Source: Octadecabacter sp.
GTDB taxonomy: Bacteria > Pseudomonadota > Alphaproteobacteria > Rhodobacterales > Rhodobacteraceae
DNA: 64,000 bases
Assembly: GCA_028825445.1 (NCBI GenBank)
Contig: JAPKAD010000006.1
Coordinates: 39,877 to 103,876, forward strand
Direction: 5' to 3'
Shown here one piece after another: positions 54,886-64,000 of this stretch. Position numbers and translations under genes: made by a program. The notes under the pieces are model-generated. The model was not told where the DNA came from. It was given only the letters and a program-made list of their open reading frames with translations, and did not search any database. Every line of letters begins with the position of its first letter. Position 1 is the first letter of the stretch.

Positions 54886-55803
54886 ATGACCACATTTGTT
54901 TTTGGCCACAAGGCCCCCGATACTGATTCCTTAGGTTCCGCATTAATTTGGGCCTGGTTCTTGAACCATACAAGCATCGATGCTGCAGCCAAACTGCTTG
55001 GCACACCAAACACCGAAGCAGTGTTTGTCGCCGAGCGTTGGGGTTTTGTGCAACCTGAAATTATTACTAATGTCACCGATGACCAGCCTTGCGTAATCGT
55101 AGATACCAACAACCCAGCTGAGTTACCCGCCAACATCAACAGCGCAAACATTACGGCAATCATCGATCATCACAAATTGGTTGGCGGCTTAGAAACAAAA
55201 GGCCCAATCGACATCACGATCCGCCCACTCGCCTGCACCGCAACTATAATGTATTCCCTGATGGGCGAACATGCAGCACAAATGCCTAAAAACATTAAAG
55301 GCCTAATGTTATCGTGCATCTTGTCCGACACATTAGAATTTCGCTCCCCCACTACGACTGATACGGATCACGATCTAGCAGTGACTTTGGCCACCCAGCT
55401 AAACCTCACAATCCCTGAATATGCTGCTGAAATGTTTGCTGCAAAATCTGACGTCTCTTTCTTTTCAGACGCAGAACTTCTACGAATGGACAGTAAAGAA
55501 TTTACCGTAGACGGTACTAAACTCCGTGTCTCAGTGTTGGAAACCACCACCCCTTCAATTGTATTAAACCGCAAAACTTCGATAATGGACACAATGAAGA
55601 CAGTGGCAATGGAAGATGGCGTTGATCAAGTGCTATTATTCGTTGTTGATATCCTCAACGAAGAAGCAACCATGCTGATTCCAAACAATTTGACCAAAAA
55701 CGTCGCAGAGAAATCCTTTGGCGTGGTGGTGACTGGTGACAGTGTCATCCTCCCCGGCGTGATGAGTCGCAAAAAACAGATCATTCCTAAACTCAAAGTT
55801 TAG
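54886..55803 (+). CDS. ppaC: Mn-dependent inorganic pyrophosphatase (family II)
   Basis: GHKAPDTD, IDHH, ILSDTL, SRKKQI. Confidence 0.93.
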   Translation: MTTFVFGHKAPDTDSLGSALIWAWFLNHTSIDAAAKLLGTPNTEAVFVAERWGFVQPEIITNVTDDQPCVIVDTNNPAELPANINSANITAIIDHHKLVGGLETKGPIDITIRPLACTATIMYSLMGEHAAQMPKNIKGLMLSCILSDTLEFRSPTTTDTDHDLAVTLATQLNLTIPEYAAEMFAAKSDVSFFSDAELLRMDSKEFTVDGTKLRVSVLETTTPSIVLNRKTSIMDTMKTVAMEDGVDQVLLFVVDILNEEATMLIPNNLTKNVAEKSFGVVVTGDSVILPGVMSRKKQIIPKLKV

Positions 55804-55923
55804 TCATAAAAAATCCATAAACGAAATTTCAATTAGTAGGTAGCCACTCTTTTTTAACAAATGCGGCCTATCTAATTAATATTCTTTCGCCTGCCTCGTG
55901 ACATTTTAAAAATAGGTCAATCA

Positions 55924-56796
55924 ATGCCCTCAATAATTAACACGTTTTCAGAAATTTCAGATCAATATGACGTCGCTTTCGTGGACCTTTGGGGATGTAT
56001 GCACAATGGCATCACACCATTTCAGGATTCCGTTTCTGCGATGCAAAACTACCGTAAACGCGGCGGTAAAGTGGTGCTTGTCACGAATTCGCCGCGTCCA
56101 TGGGATAGTGTCGCGCAGCAACTTTTGGAAATGGACATGGCGCCCTGCTGGGACGCCGTTGCAACCAGTGGCGACAGTGCCCGCGCCGCAATGTTCCGTG
56201 GATTTGTAGGTTCTAAAATCTGGTTCATGGGTGAAACACCACGCGACGACGATTTTTTTAAAACACTCAGTATTGTTGATAAACCCGTACATATCCAAAA
56301 AGTCCCCCTTGATCAGGCAGAGGGCATAGTCTGCTGCGGTCCCTTTGACAATCAAGCCGATCTCGAAGTGAACCGGCCCGAGTTTTTGTATGCAAAGTCC
56401 AAAGGCCTCAGGCTGCTCTGCGCTAACCCCGATATCATCGTGGATCGCGGTGAAAACCGTGAATGGTGTGCTGGTGCGTTAGCCGATTTATATACTAAAA
56501 TGGGTGGCAAGAGCTTTTATTTTGGCAAGCCTCACCCCCCCATCTACGACCTCGCTCGACGACGGTATGGCGCGTTAACTGATGCAATATCCAATCCGCG
56601 TATTATAGCAATTGGAGATGGAATTCGCACTGACATCCTTGGTGCTCAACAAGAAGACATCGATAGCTTGTTCATCACCGGCGGTTTGGCAGCAGTAGAG
56701 ACCAAGACTATCAGACAGCCTGATAAAACGGCATTAAGCGATTATATTAAAACAGAAAAAGTGACACCAACACATTCGATCAGTTTCCTGCGATAG
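55924..56796 (+). CDS. HAD-superfamily class IIA hydrolase (TIGR01459-like)
   Basis: DLWG, TNSPR, CANPD, GKPHPPIY, IGDGIRTD. Confidence 0.88.
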   Translation: MPSIINTFSEISDQYDVAFVDLWGCMHNGITPFQDSVSAMQNYRKRGGKVVLVTNSPRPWDSVAQQLLEMDMAPCWDAVATSGDSARAAMFRGFVGSKIWFMGETPRDDDFFKTLSIVDKPVHIQKVPLDQAEGIVCCGPFDNQADLEVNRPEFLYAKSKGLRLLCANPDIIVDRGENREWCAGALADLYTKMGGKSFYFGKPHPPIYDLARRRYGALTDAISNPRIIAIGDGIRTDILGAQQEDIDSLFITGGLAAVETKTIRQPDKTALSDYIKTEKVTPTHSISFLR

Positions 56797-56890
56797 ATTA
56801 AGAATTCCTTGACTTACACTGCGTCCACAAAGTAATTAAATTACACCTTGCATAACCAATGTGAATTTTTATTACTTTAGGGATTAAATC

Positions 56891-57334
56891 ATGCTCGATA
56901 ATAACCCCCGTGGAACGATCTGCATAGAAGACATCGAGGTCGGTATGATGCGATCTTTGCGCAAAGTCATCACCGACCGCGACATAGAGATGTTTGCAGA
57001 AATTTCAACCGATCATAACCCTGTCCACCTTGACGATGATTACGCCCGTGGATCTATTTTTGAAGGCCGCATTGCCCACGGCATGCTCACGGCGGGTCTA
57101 ATCTCAGCAGTGATCGGAGAACAATTACCTGGTCATGGTACTGTCTACCTAGGTCAGACCCTAAAATTTATATCTCCTGTGCGTCCAGGGGACATGGTAG
57201 AAGCGATAGTCACAGTTACCGACATGGACATTGCCAAGCGTCGTGTGACAATGGAGACTCATTGCAAAATCGACGGTAAAAAAGTTCTCAAGGGTGAAGC
57301 AATAGTCATGGCACCGTCGCGTAAATTTGACTGA
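56891..57334 (+). CDS. MaoC family dehydratase
   Basis: DHNPVH, IAHGML, LPGHG. Confidence 0.9.
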   Translation: MLDNNPRGTICIEDIEVGMMRSLRKVITDRDIEMFAEISTDHNPVHLDDDYARGSIFEGRIAHGMLTAGLISAVIGEQLPGHGTVYLGQTLKFISPVRPGDMVEAIVTVTDMDIAKRRVTMETHCKIDGKKVLKGEAIVMAPSRKFD

Positions 57335-57380
57335 TAGCAAGGTGGCTTGAACCTTGCGCGCAAGCGGGCTACGCAAGCCC

Positions 57381-58325
57381 ATGCGTATCATTCGTGACCC
57401 AGATTTCATTGCAGAAAGAGACCGTGGAGCAGCTGTGGCCATAGGCAATTTTGACGGGGTCCATTTGGGCCATCAAGCTGTCATAGATCTGACACGCAGC
57501 GTTGCAAACAGAGCGCCCTTAGGCATTCTGACTTTTGAACCTCATCCACGTGACTATTTCGCGCAAATATCCAAACATTCTACCCCACCTTTCCGCCTGA
57601 TGAGCGCCGCATCCAAAGCCAATCAACTTGAAAAACTGGGGGTTGAGCTTTTATACGAGGTGCCGTTCAACGAAGTCCTTGCCGCCTTAACGCCAGAAGA
57701 CTTTGCACAGAAAATAATTGTTGATCGCCTTGGATTAACACATGTAGTAGTTGGTGCTGACTTCTGTTTTGGCAAAGACCGCGCTGGCAAGGCTGCAGAT
57801 TTGCAAGAATTTGGTGCCATTATGGGATTTGGCGTCACAATCGCCCCGATGCTTGCAACCGCTGCAGGCGATGTATCATCCACCGCGATCCGTACCGCAC
57901 TTGCCAACGGAATTCCGCGTGCGGCCGCTGAAATGCTCGGCCACTGGCACCGAATCGATGGTCCGGTCATCACCGGCGAACAGCGTGGTCGCGACCTTGG
58001 GTATCCAACTGCCAACATGTCCATCAACGGGCTACATCCACCAAAATTTGGGGTCTATGCCGTGAAAATTGACGTATTAGCAGGCCCGTACAAGGGCAGT
58101 TACAATGGGGCCGCCTCTATTGGCGTTCGCCCAATGTTTGGTATCAACATACCAAATTGTGAAAGTTTTCTGTTTGATTTCTCAGGCGATTTATACGGCA
58201 CACACCTTAGCGTTGCCTTGGTCGAATACTTGCGTGGTGAAGAACAATTTGACGGTCTAGATGCTCTAATTACCCAAATGGGCACAGATTGTAGCCACGC
58301 CCGCGAAATTCTATCTCATGTCTGA
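57381..58325 (+). CDS. ribF: Riboflavin kinase / FAD synthetase
   Basis: GNFDGVHLGH, TFEPHP, SSTAIR, GRDLGYPTAN. Confidence 0.96.
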   Translation: MRIIRDPDFIAERDRGAAVAIGNFDGVHLGHQAVIDLTRSVANRAPLGILTFEPHPRDYFAQISKHSTPPFRLMSAASKANQLEKLGVELLYEVPFNEVLAALTPEDFAQKIIVDRLGLTHVVVGADFCFGKDRAGKAADLQEFGAIMGFGVTIAPMLATAAGDVSSTAIRTALANGIPRAAAEMLGHWHRIDGPVITGEQRGRDLGYPTANMSINGLHPPKFGVYAVKIDVLAGPYKGSYNGAASIGVRPMFGINIPNCESFLFDFSGDLYGTHLSVALVEYLRGEEQFDGLDALITQMGTDCSHAREILSHV

Positions 58326-58788
58326 TCCGATTGATCGCAGCGATATCCGAACTGAATTTTGGTCTTATGTTCCATTATCAAAAATGACTAAACCTGAGTG
58401 GGAAGCCCTGTGTGATGGCTGTGGGAAATGCTGCCTAAACAAACTTGAGGATGAAGATACCGGCGAGGTTGTGATGACCCGTGTGGCGTGCAAATTGCTC
58501 GACGACACGACGTGTAATTGTAGTCTCTATCCCAAGCGTCATAACTACGTTCCCGAATGTATAGTGCTAACACCAAAAACAATCGCTGATAACATGTACT
58601 GGCTGCCCCAAACATGCGCCTACCGTCTTGTCTTTGAGGGTAAAAATCTATTTCACTGGCACCCATTAGTATCAGGTAATTCACAATCTGTGCATAATGC
58701 AGGCGTATCTGTTCAGGGTCTCACGGTTAGTGAAGCAAGCATTCCAGACGACGAATGGGAAAATCATATAATTGAGGAGCCATTTTAA
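58318..58788 (+). CDS. YcgN family cysteine-cluster protein
   Basis: WEALCDGCGKCCL, WLPQTCAY, WHPL. Confidence 0.9.
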   Translation: MSDPIDRSDIRTEFWSYVPLSKMTKPEWEALCDGCGKCCLNKLEDEDTGEVVMTRVACKLLDDTTCNCSLYPKRHNYVPECIVLTPKTIADNMYWLPQTCAYRLVFEGKNLFHWHPLVSGNSQSVHNAGVSVQGLTVSEASIPDDEWENHIIEEPF

Positions 58789-59829
58789 ATGTTTTTCGCC
58801 TCCGATAACTCCGGTCCCGCTCACCCAAAAGTTATGGACGCTATCATGCGCACAAACGAAGGCTTTCGATTTGGCTATGGTGCAGATCCTGAAATGAACC
58901 GCGTCCGCTCCATGGTGCGCGATCTGTTCGAAGCGCCAGAAGCGGCAGTATATCTTGTGTCCACCGGCACAGCTGCGAACTCAATAGCATTAGCAACATT
59001 AACAGAGCCTTGGCAGACGATTTTCTGCACCAAGCTGTCACATATAAATGAAGACGAATGTAACGCGCCCGAATTTTACAGTGGTGCAAAACTGACAATG
59101 GTTGCCGACGAAAACGCGAAGATGACGCCCACTACCCTGCATGCGGCAATGTCAGCAGAAGAAACACGCGGCGTACATGGACCGCAACGTGGTCCAGTAT
59201 CGATCACACAAATCACCGAAAAAGGCACTGTTTATACTCTAAATGAAATAAGTGCATTGACTACTGTCGCAAAAGATTTTGGTGTTACGACTCAATTAGA
59301 CGGGGCACGATTTGCTAATGCCATCGTCACACTAGGCTGCACACCTGCAGAAATGACTTGGAAATCTGGTATTGACTGTGTCTGTTTTGGTGGCACTAAG
59401 AATGGACTAATGGGTGTTGAGGCAGTGGTATTTTTCAACCCCAAGCACGCTTGGGAATTCGAATTGCGGCGCAAACGCGGAGCACATCTAGCGTCTAAGC
59501 ACCGGTATCTTTCCGCTCAGATGGAAGCATACCTCGAAGGCAATCTGTGGCTTAAATTGGCCAAGAGCGCTAACGCCAGTGGTCAGCGTTTGGCCGACGG
59601 GTTACGCAAACACAACAATGTGACGTTTCCTTTTGAACCCGAAGCCAATATGATGTTCTTTCATGCTCCACGTATTTTGCACAAAAAAGTGCAGGCGGCG
59701 GGTGCTCAATACTATGTTATGGGGTCGCTCGAAGGAGATGACGATGAGCTGGTGTTAGGCAGATTGGTGTGCGACTGGTCCGTTGGTTTTGATGGAGTCG
59801 ATGTATTCCTAGCCGCGCTAGAGGACTGA
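58789..59829 (+). CDS. Low-specificity L-threonine aldolase
   Basis: FASDN, TGTAAN, DGARFANA, GGTKNG. Confidence 0.9.
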   Translation: MFFASDNSGPAHPKVMDAIMRTNEGFRFGYGADPEMNRVRSMVRDLFEAPEAAVYLVSTGTAANSIALATLTEPWQTIFCTKLSHINEDECNAPEFYSGAKLTMVADENAKMTPTTLHAAMSAEETRGVHGPQRGPVSITQITEKGTVYTLNEISALTTVAKDFGVTTQLDGARFANAIVTLGCTPAEMTWKSGIDCVCFGGTKNGLMGVEAVVFFNPKHAWEFELRRKRGAHLASKHRYLSAQMEAYLEGNLWLKLAKSANASGQRLADGLRKHNNVTFPFEPEANMMFFHAPRILHKKVQAAGAQYYVMGSLEGDDDELVLGRLVCDWSVGFDGVDVFLAALED

Positions 59830-60582
59830 CGCGACAGCATCTACATGGGTTATTGGTACCATGTGACCGGCACCATTAATTTCATATCTAGAAGCGTGCG
59901 GCATTCGATCCGCAAGCCCATCTATGATTGCTGCCATAATTTCTTGACTATCGCTACCTTTGATCAAATCAACCGGACACGTGACGTAAGCCAATCGTGC
60001 TAATAAACTGTGAACATCATCTTCAATCGCTTGAAATACAGCAGGAATAAGATGAATTCGTGCTGCCAATGCGGCACGCCTTCGTTCAGATATGTCTTCC
60101 CAAGTGCTGCCATCGCCCCACATACCTAGAAATGCTTGCGCAGCCGCATAGCGGTCTTGCGCGCGCCATGCCACGATGAATGGTTCCATCTTGAGCCTGT
60201 GCGCAGCATGCGCTTCCATACAGTAGGCTGCCGCAAACATCACAGGTTCAATCAGTGTCACACGTGAAACCAAGTCTGGGCGTTCAGCGGCCAGTCGTAG
60301 AGCCACGGTTGCCCCAAATGAGTGGCCTATGATGTGCGTTGGACCGTGCAAAAGTCCTGCAGCAATAGCCGTGGCATCTGAGTGGTATTCGGTGCCAGAC
60401 CACGGCGCGCTGCGGCCATGACCTGGCAAGTCAAAAAACACATTATGAGCGAATGGTAATTTTGCCGCTAATGGCATCAAAGTTTCATGATGGCCAAGCG
60501 AACAGTGAATGAACAGCCTTATAATTTCTGCATCACCTTTTTCAACAACCCAAACATCTTGTCCAGCGACATGGCGCAGCAA
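59818..60582 (-). CDS. alpha/beta-fold hydrolase
   Basis: DLPGHG, GHSFG, GAGHM; TTG start. Confidence 0.85.
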   Translation of the reverse strand: MLRHVAGQDVWVVEKGDAEIIRLFIHCSLGHHETLMPLAAKLPFAHNVFFDLPGHGRSAPWSGTEYHSDATAIAAGLLHGPTHIIGHSFGATVALRLAAERPDLVSRVTLIEPVMFAAAYCMEAHAAHRLKMEPFIVAWRAQDRYAAAQAFLGMWGDGSTWEDISERRRAALAARIHLIPAVFQAIEDDVHSLLARLAYVTCPVDLIKGSDSQEIMAAIIDGLADRMPHASRYEINGAGHMVPITHVDAVASVL

Positions 60583-61179
60583 TTAGAAATCACCAGCTAG
60601 GTGGCGGTCTAAATCATCTAGACGATCTTGGCCCCAGAAGCGCTCATCCGTATCTGTAATAAAAAATGGCGCGCCAAAAACACCCTTCAACACAGCTTCT
60701 TCAAGGTTCGAACTGTAGGTTTCAGCCCCTTTCAATAGTCCGCTCTCCATCAATACTGGATCAAATCCCGCCTCGACCAGACAAGTACGGATCACATCAT
60801 CCTCAGCGATGTTTTTGTCATCTGCCCAGCAATTTCGCGTTATCGTATTCACCAGTTTTCCAACATCACCACCCGCAGCTTGCGCGGCAATGATTGTATA
60901 TGAAGACGGAGCGGGGTTGGTAGGCCAGAACGCAGGTTTCAGGTTCAATGGTAAACCAGCAATAATGGCGCGGCGGCGCATCTCCTGTAGCCGATAAGCT
61001 TGCCGATTTGGGTGACGCTCTTTGGGGGAAATGCCACCTGTACGGTTAAATAGCTCCATAATATCGAGAGGTTTATATGTGATGGTTGCATTATACTTTT
61101 TTGCAATCTTTTCTAGCTGGGTTCCGCTAAGGTATGTGAACGGGGAAATCGTAGCGAAGTAATAGTCGATATGTGGCAT
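60583..61179 (-). CDS. 2-hydroxychromene-2-carboxylate isomerase / DsbA-kappa GST family
   Basis: IDYYF..ISPFTYL, GVFGAPF, FWGQDRL. Confidence 0.88.
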   Translation of the reverse strand: MPHIDYYFATISPFTYLSGTQLEKIAKKYNATITYKPLDIMELFNRTGGISPKERHPNRQAYRLQEMRRRAIIAGLPLNLKPAFWPTNPAPSSYTIIAAQAAGGDVGKLVNTITRNCWADDKNIAEDDVIRTCLVEAGFDPVLMESGLLKGAETYSSNLEEAVLKGVFGAPFFITDTDERFWGQDRLDDLDRHLAGDF

Positions 61180-61278
61180 TTGGCTCTCCTAAAGTCGCGC
61201 TCGTTTGTTGGAGCGACCCTAAGGACGTGCTACTCCGTGTCAACTTCTACGATTCTATTAACCTAGGACCTGCTGAAC

Positions 61279-62298
61279 ATGCCAAATCTGATCGAACCGA
61301 AGCTTATTTCCGGCAACTCTAACCTACCTTTAGCAAAAGCCGTTGCAAAACGAATGTCCATGCATCGCGGCATCAACGTCGGGTTGGTCGAAGCGCGGGT
61401 AGAGCGTTTCAACGACGGTGAGATTTTTGTCGAAGTCTACGAAAACGTTCGTGGAGAGGATATGTTTATCATCCAGTCGACATCAAACCCGGCCAATGAC
61501 AATCTCATGGAATTGCTGATTATTTCGGATGCTTTGCGTCGATCTTCGGCCTCCCGTATCACTGCAGTGATCCCATATTTCGGCTATGCCCGCCAAGACC
61601 GTCGATCAAAGGCCCGCACGCCTATCACCGCCAAACTAGTTGCAAACATGCTTGTCGAATCTGGGATTGAACGAATTCTGACGCTTGACTTGCACGCAAC
61701 GCAAATCCAAGGCTTTTTTGATATCCCCGTGGATAATCTGTATGCAAGTCCCATTTTTGCATTGGATGCGATGCACCACTTCAAAGATCAAATGAATGAT
61801 GTAATGGTAGTGTCACCCGACGTTGGCGGCGTGGCGCGCGCTCGTGATTTAGCACAACGGATTGGCGCCCCACTTTCAATCGTCGACAAGCGCCGAGGCA
61901 AGCCAGGTGAAGTCGCCGAAATGACAGTGATTGGTGACGTCGCCGGCCGCACTTGTCTTATTGTGGACGACATCGTCGACACAGCGGGCACACTTTGTAA
62001 AGCGGCCGAAGTTTTGATGGAACATGGTGCCAAAGAAGTACACTCCTATATTACACACGGCGTATTATCGGGACCAGCTATTGAAAGGGTTAGTAATTCT
62101 GTCATGCGAAACCTCGTAATTACGGACACAATCCAACCGACTGACGCAGTGAAGGCCTGTAAAAATATTCGAATTGTGCCAACAGCTCCAATTTTTGCAC
62201 AGGCAATTTTGAACACGTGGAACGGCACATCCGTTTCGTCTCTGTTTGATCACAAAACACTACAGCCAATCTACGAAGGTATGTATTCAGGATTATAA
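61279..62298 (+). CDS. prs: Ribose-phosphate pyrophosphokinase
   Basis: [36 protein letters not shown]. Confidence 0.97.
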   Translation: MPNLIEPKLISGNSNLPLAKAVAKRMSMHRGINVGLVEARVERFNDGEIFVEVYENVRGEDMFIIQSTSNPANDNLMELLIISDALRRSSASRITAVIPYFGYARQDRRSKARTPITAKLVANMLVESGIERILTLDLHATQIQGFFDIPVDNLYASPIFALDAMHHFKDQMNDVMVVSPDVGGVARARDLAQRIGAPLSIVDKRRGKPGEVAEMTVIGDVAGRTCLIVDDIVDTAGTLCKAAEVLMEHGAKEVHSYITHGVLSGPAIERVSNSVMRNLVITDTIQPTDAVKACKNIRIVPTAPIFAQAILNTWNGTSVSSLFDHKTLQPIYEGMYSGL

Positions 62299-62328
62299 AT
62301 AAGACCATTAATGTACTGTAAGTGCGAA

Positions 62329-62676
62329 TTATAATTCCCACTCATCCGTCTGAGGTAATTCGCCGATCGCCTGCCACGCGACGCGAACGCGGGCGATCAT
62401 TGTATCCCCCCACGTTTGAAAAACGATAATAAATCCATCTTTTGAGATCTTTTCGGCCCGAACATCAACCCGAGCATTTGTATGGCTAGCTATATCCCAC
62501 ATTGACAAATTTACATGCACAATAGGAATATTGTTAAAACATTCAGAGAATTCAACATACGCACAGATCTGTCTGTCACCCACAGAGTTCCACATAACCC
62601 CACCATTTTCAAAGTCGGAAAACAAAAGTAAATCACCGTGATCCACACCAATCAAATGATTTTGAAATTTTTTCAT
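62329..62676 (-). CDS. H-type lectin domain protein
   Basis: FSECF..IP.VHV.LSMWD, F.IVFQTWGDT.IARVRVAWQAIG. Confidence 0.75.
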   Translation of the reverse strand: MKKFQNHLIGVDHGDLLLFSDFENGGVMWNSVGDRQICAYVEFSECFNNIPIVHVNLSMWDIASHTNARVDVRAEKISKDGFIIVFQTWGDTMIARVRVAWQAIGELPQTDEWEL

Positions 62677-62778
62677 GCTATGCGTCTAATTCGAGAATTT
62701 GATTATTCACATAACTAATCCCTAAACAAATAAAACTTAAAATTAACTTAACATGTGGCAACCCGTTTTTTAACACAA

Positions 62779-63981
62779 TTAAGATTGGGAATGACCTCGC
62801 AATCGCATGATGAAAGGAATCATCAAGAGCACTAATACAGCCGCCATCAAGAACGGTGCACCAGGCAAATATATGCCCTTTTCATCAACAAAAACCTCAA
62901 ATACACTGGTCACAACTAAAGGGGCAAGAAAGGCAGCTATTGACGCCATTGACGCGATTACACCCTGTACCAACCCCTGTTTTTCGTCATTTACCATGTT
63001 GGACGCCATAGCCGTCATCATAGGCGGCGACAAATCTGAGAGTGCCGCAAATACCAAAACAAGTACAAGCCCAGTAATTGTTGAAATTAAACCAAAGCCA
63101 ATAAAACCAATCAATGCAGAAACTATACCAAAACGGAGCGTGCTGAATTCCCCAAACCGTGTAATCAATATTGGCATCAGCCCAGCTTGGACACCAGCCA
63201 ATAAAATTCCGTATCCTGCTAACGAAACGCCAATTAATAAAGTGGACCAGCCAAAAAGTTCGCGTGTAAAAAATGCCCAAAGTGTTGGGTAAACCATATT
63301 AGCAAATTCAAAGAAAAATAAGCAGATCAACGGAATCGCAAGATTTGGAATTTTGAAAGCTTCAATGATTGCATTGAATGGATTGAGGTCATGCCGCCCA
63401 AAATGACGTCGATTATCAGGGGAAAGGCTTTCAGGGAGCACAACTAAACCAAAAATCACGTTAGCCGCAGATAAACCAGCCGCGATCCAGAAAGGTGCAG
63501 AAATATGCCATTCAGCGGCAATGCCCCCTATGGCGGGGCCAAGCACAAAGCCGATACCGAAGGCAGCTCCCACCATACCAAATCTAGCTGCGCGCTCTTT
63601 TGGTGTGGAAATGTCGGCAATATAGGCTGTTGCCGTAGTGTAGGTCGCACCTGCAATGCCTGCAAGGATACGGCCAATCAATAGTACCCAGAACACCCCT
63701 GCCATCGCCATAATTACATAATCCACAGCCAGAACAGCCAAAGCCAGAAGCAAAACAGGCTTGCGACCATAGGCATCTGATAGGCTTCCGATAATTGGTG
63801 CAAAAATGAACAAGGCGCCAGCATACGATGCCATAAGGACACCACCCCACAAAGCACCTTCGCCGGTGCCTGATGCACCAACTCGTTCCATTAGGTCAGG
63901 CATAATTGGAAACACTATGCCGATGCCAATGGCATCGATTGTCAGCGTCATTAAAATGAAAAGATAGGCACGATTTTGCAT
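62779..63981 (-). CDS. TCR/Tet-family MFS efflux transporter
   Basis: DAIGIG, GSLSDAYGRKPVL, GRILAGIAGAT, AYIADIS, GPAIGG, LPES. Confidence 0.88.
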   Translation of the reverse strand: MQNRAYLFILMTLTIDAIGIGIVFPIMPDLMERVGASGTGEGALWGGVLMASYAGALFIFAPIIGSLSDAYGRKPVLLLALAVLAVDYVIMAMAGVFWVLLIGRILAGIAGATYTTATAYIADISTPKERAARFGMVGAAFGIGFVLGPAIGGIAAEWHISAPFWIAAGLSAANVIFGLVVLPESLSPDNRRHFGRHDLNPFNAIIEAFKIPNLAIPLICLFFFEFANMVYPTLWAFFTRELFGWSTLLIGVSLAGYGILLAGVQAGLMPILITRFGEFSTLRFGIVSALIGFIGFGLISTITGLVLVLVFAALSDLSPPMMTAMASNMVNDEKQGLVQGVIASMASIAAFLAPLVVTSVFEVFVDEKGIYLPGAPFLMAAVLVLLMIPFIMRLRGHSQS

Positions 63982-64000
63982 ATAACTAAGTGACGCTTTT

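Noticed and set aside
62779-63981. Acquired tetracycline-resistance gene
   Set aside because: Generic TCR/Tet-family MFS; no mobile element seen nearby, upstream context lies outside the window, and substrate cannot be inferred.

Overview
Core-genome stretch of an alphaproteobacterium, most likely Rhodobacteraceae/Roseobacter group (inferred from protein content and gene order). Intact housekeeping genes: scoAB, Lhr-type helicase plus PdeM, folD, fhs, ftsH, tilS, tol-pal, ruvCAB, prmA, priA, fsa, xerC, pcs, ileS, lgt, pgeF, trxB, sat/cysC, ibpA, purEK, groESL, ppaC, ribF and prs. No rRNA, tRNA, CRISPR array or prophage was seen. Three things stand out. (1) Most long AT-rich gaps are decayed genes readable only by translating across stops and frameshifts: IS30 and IS3 transposases, LytTR, NYN/PIN nuclease, AstE/aspartoacylase, NUDIX, TraB/GumN, and a degenerating LysE. 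This points to a genome undergoing erosion, as in host-restricted or bottlenecked lineages. (2) An Ile-rich 16-codon uORF behind a sigma70-like promoter lies upstream of ileS, with competing RNA helices, and is a candidate attenuator. (3) A MarR-type wHTH-Sat-CysC fusion is split by one extra G that also creates a GGAG ribosome-binding site in front of an in-frame ATG. Family assignments come from hand translation and motif recognition; no database searches were run.
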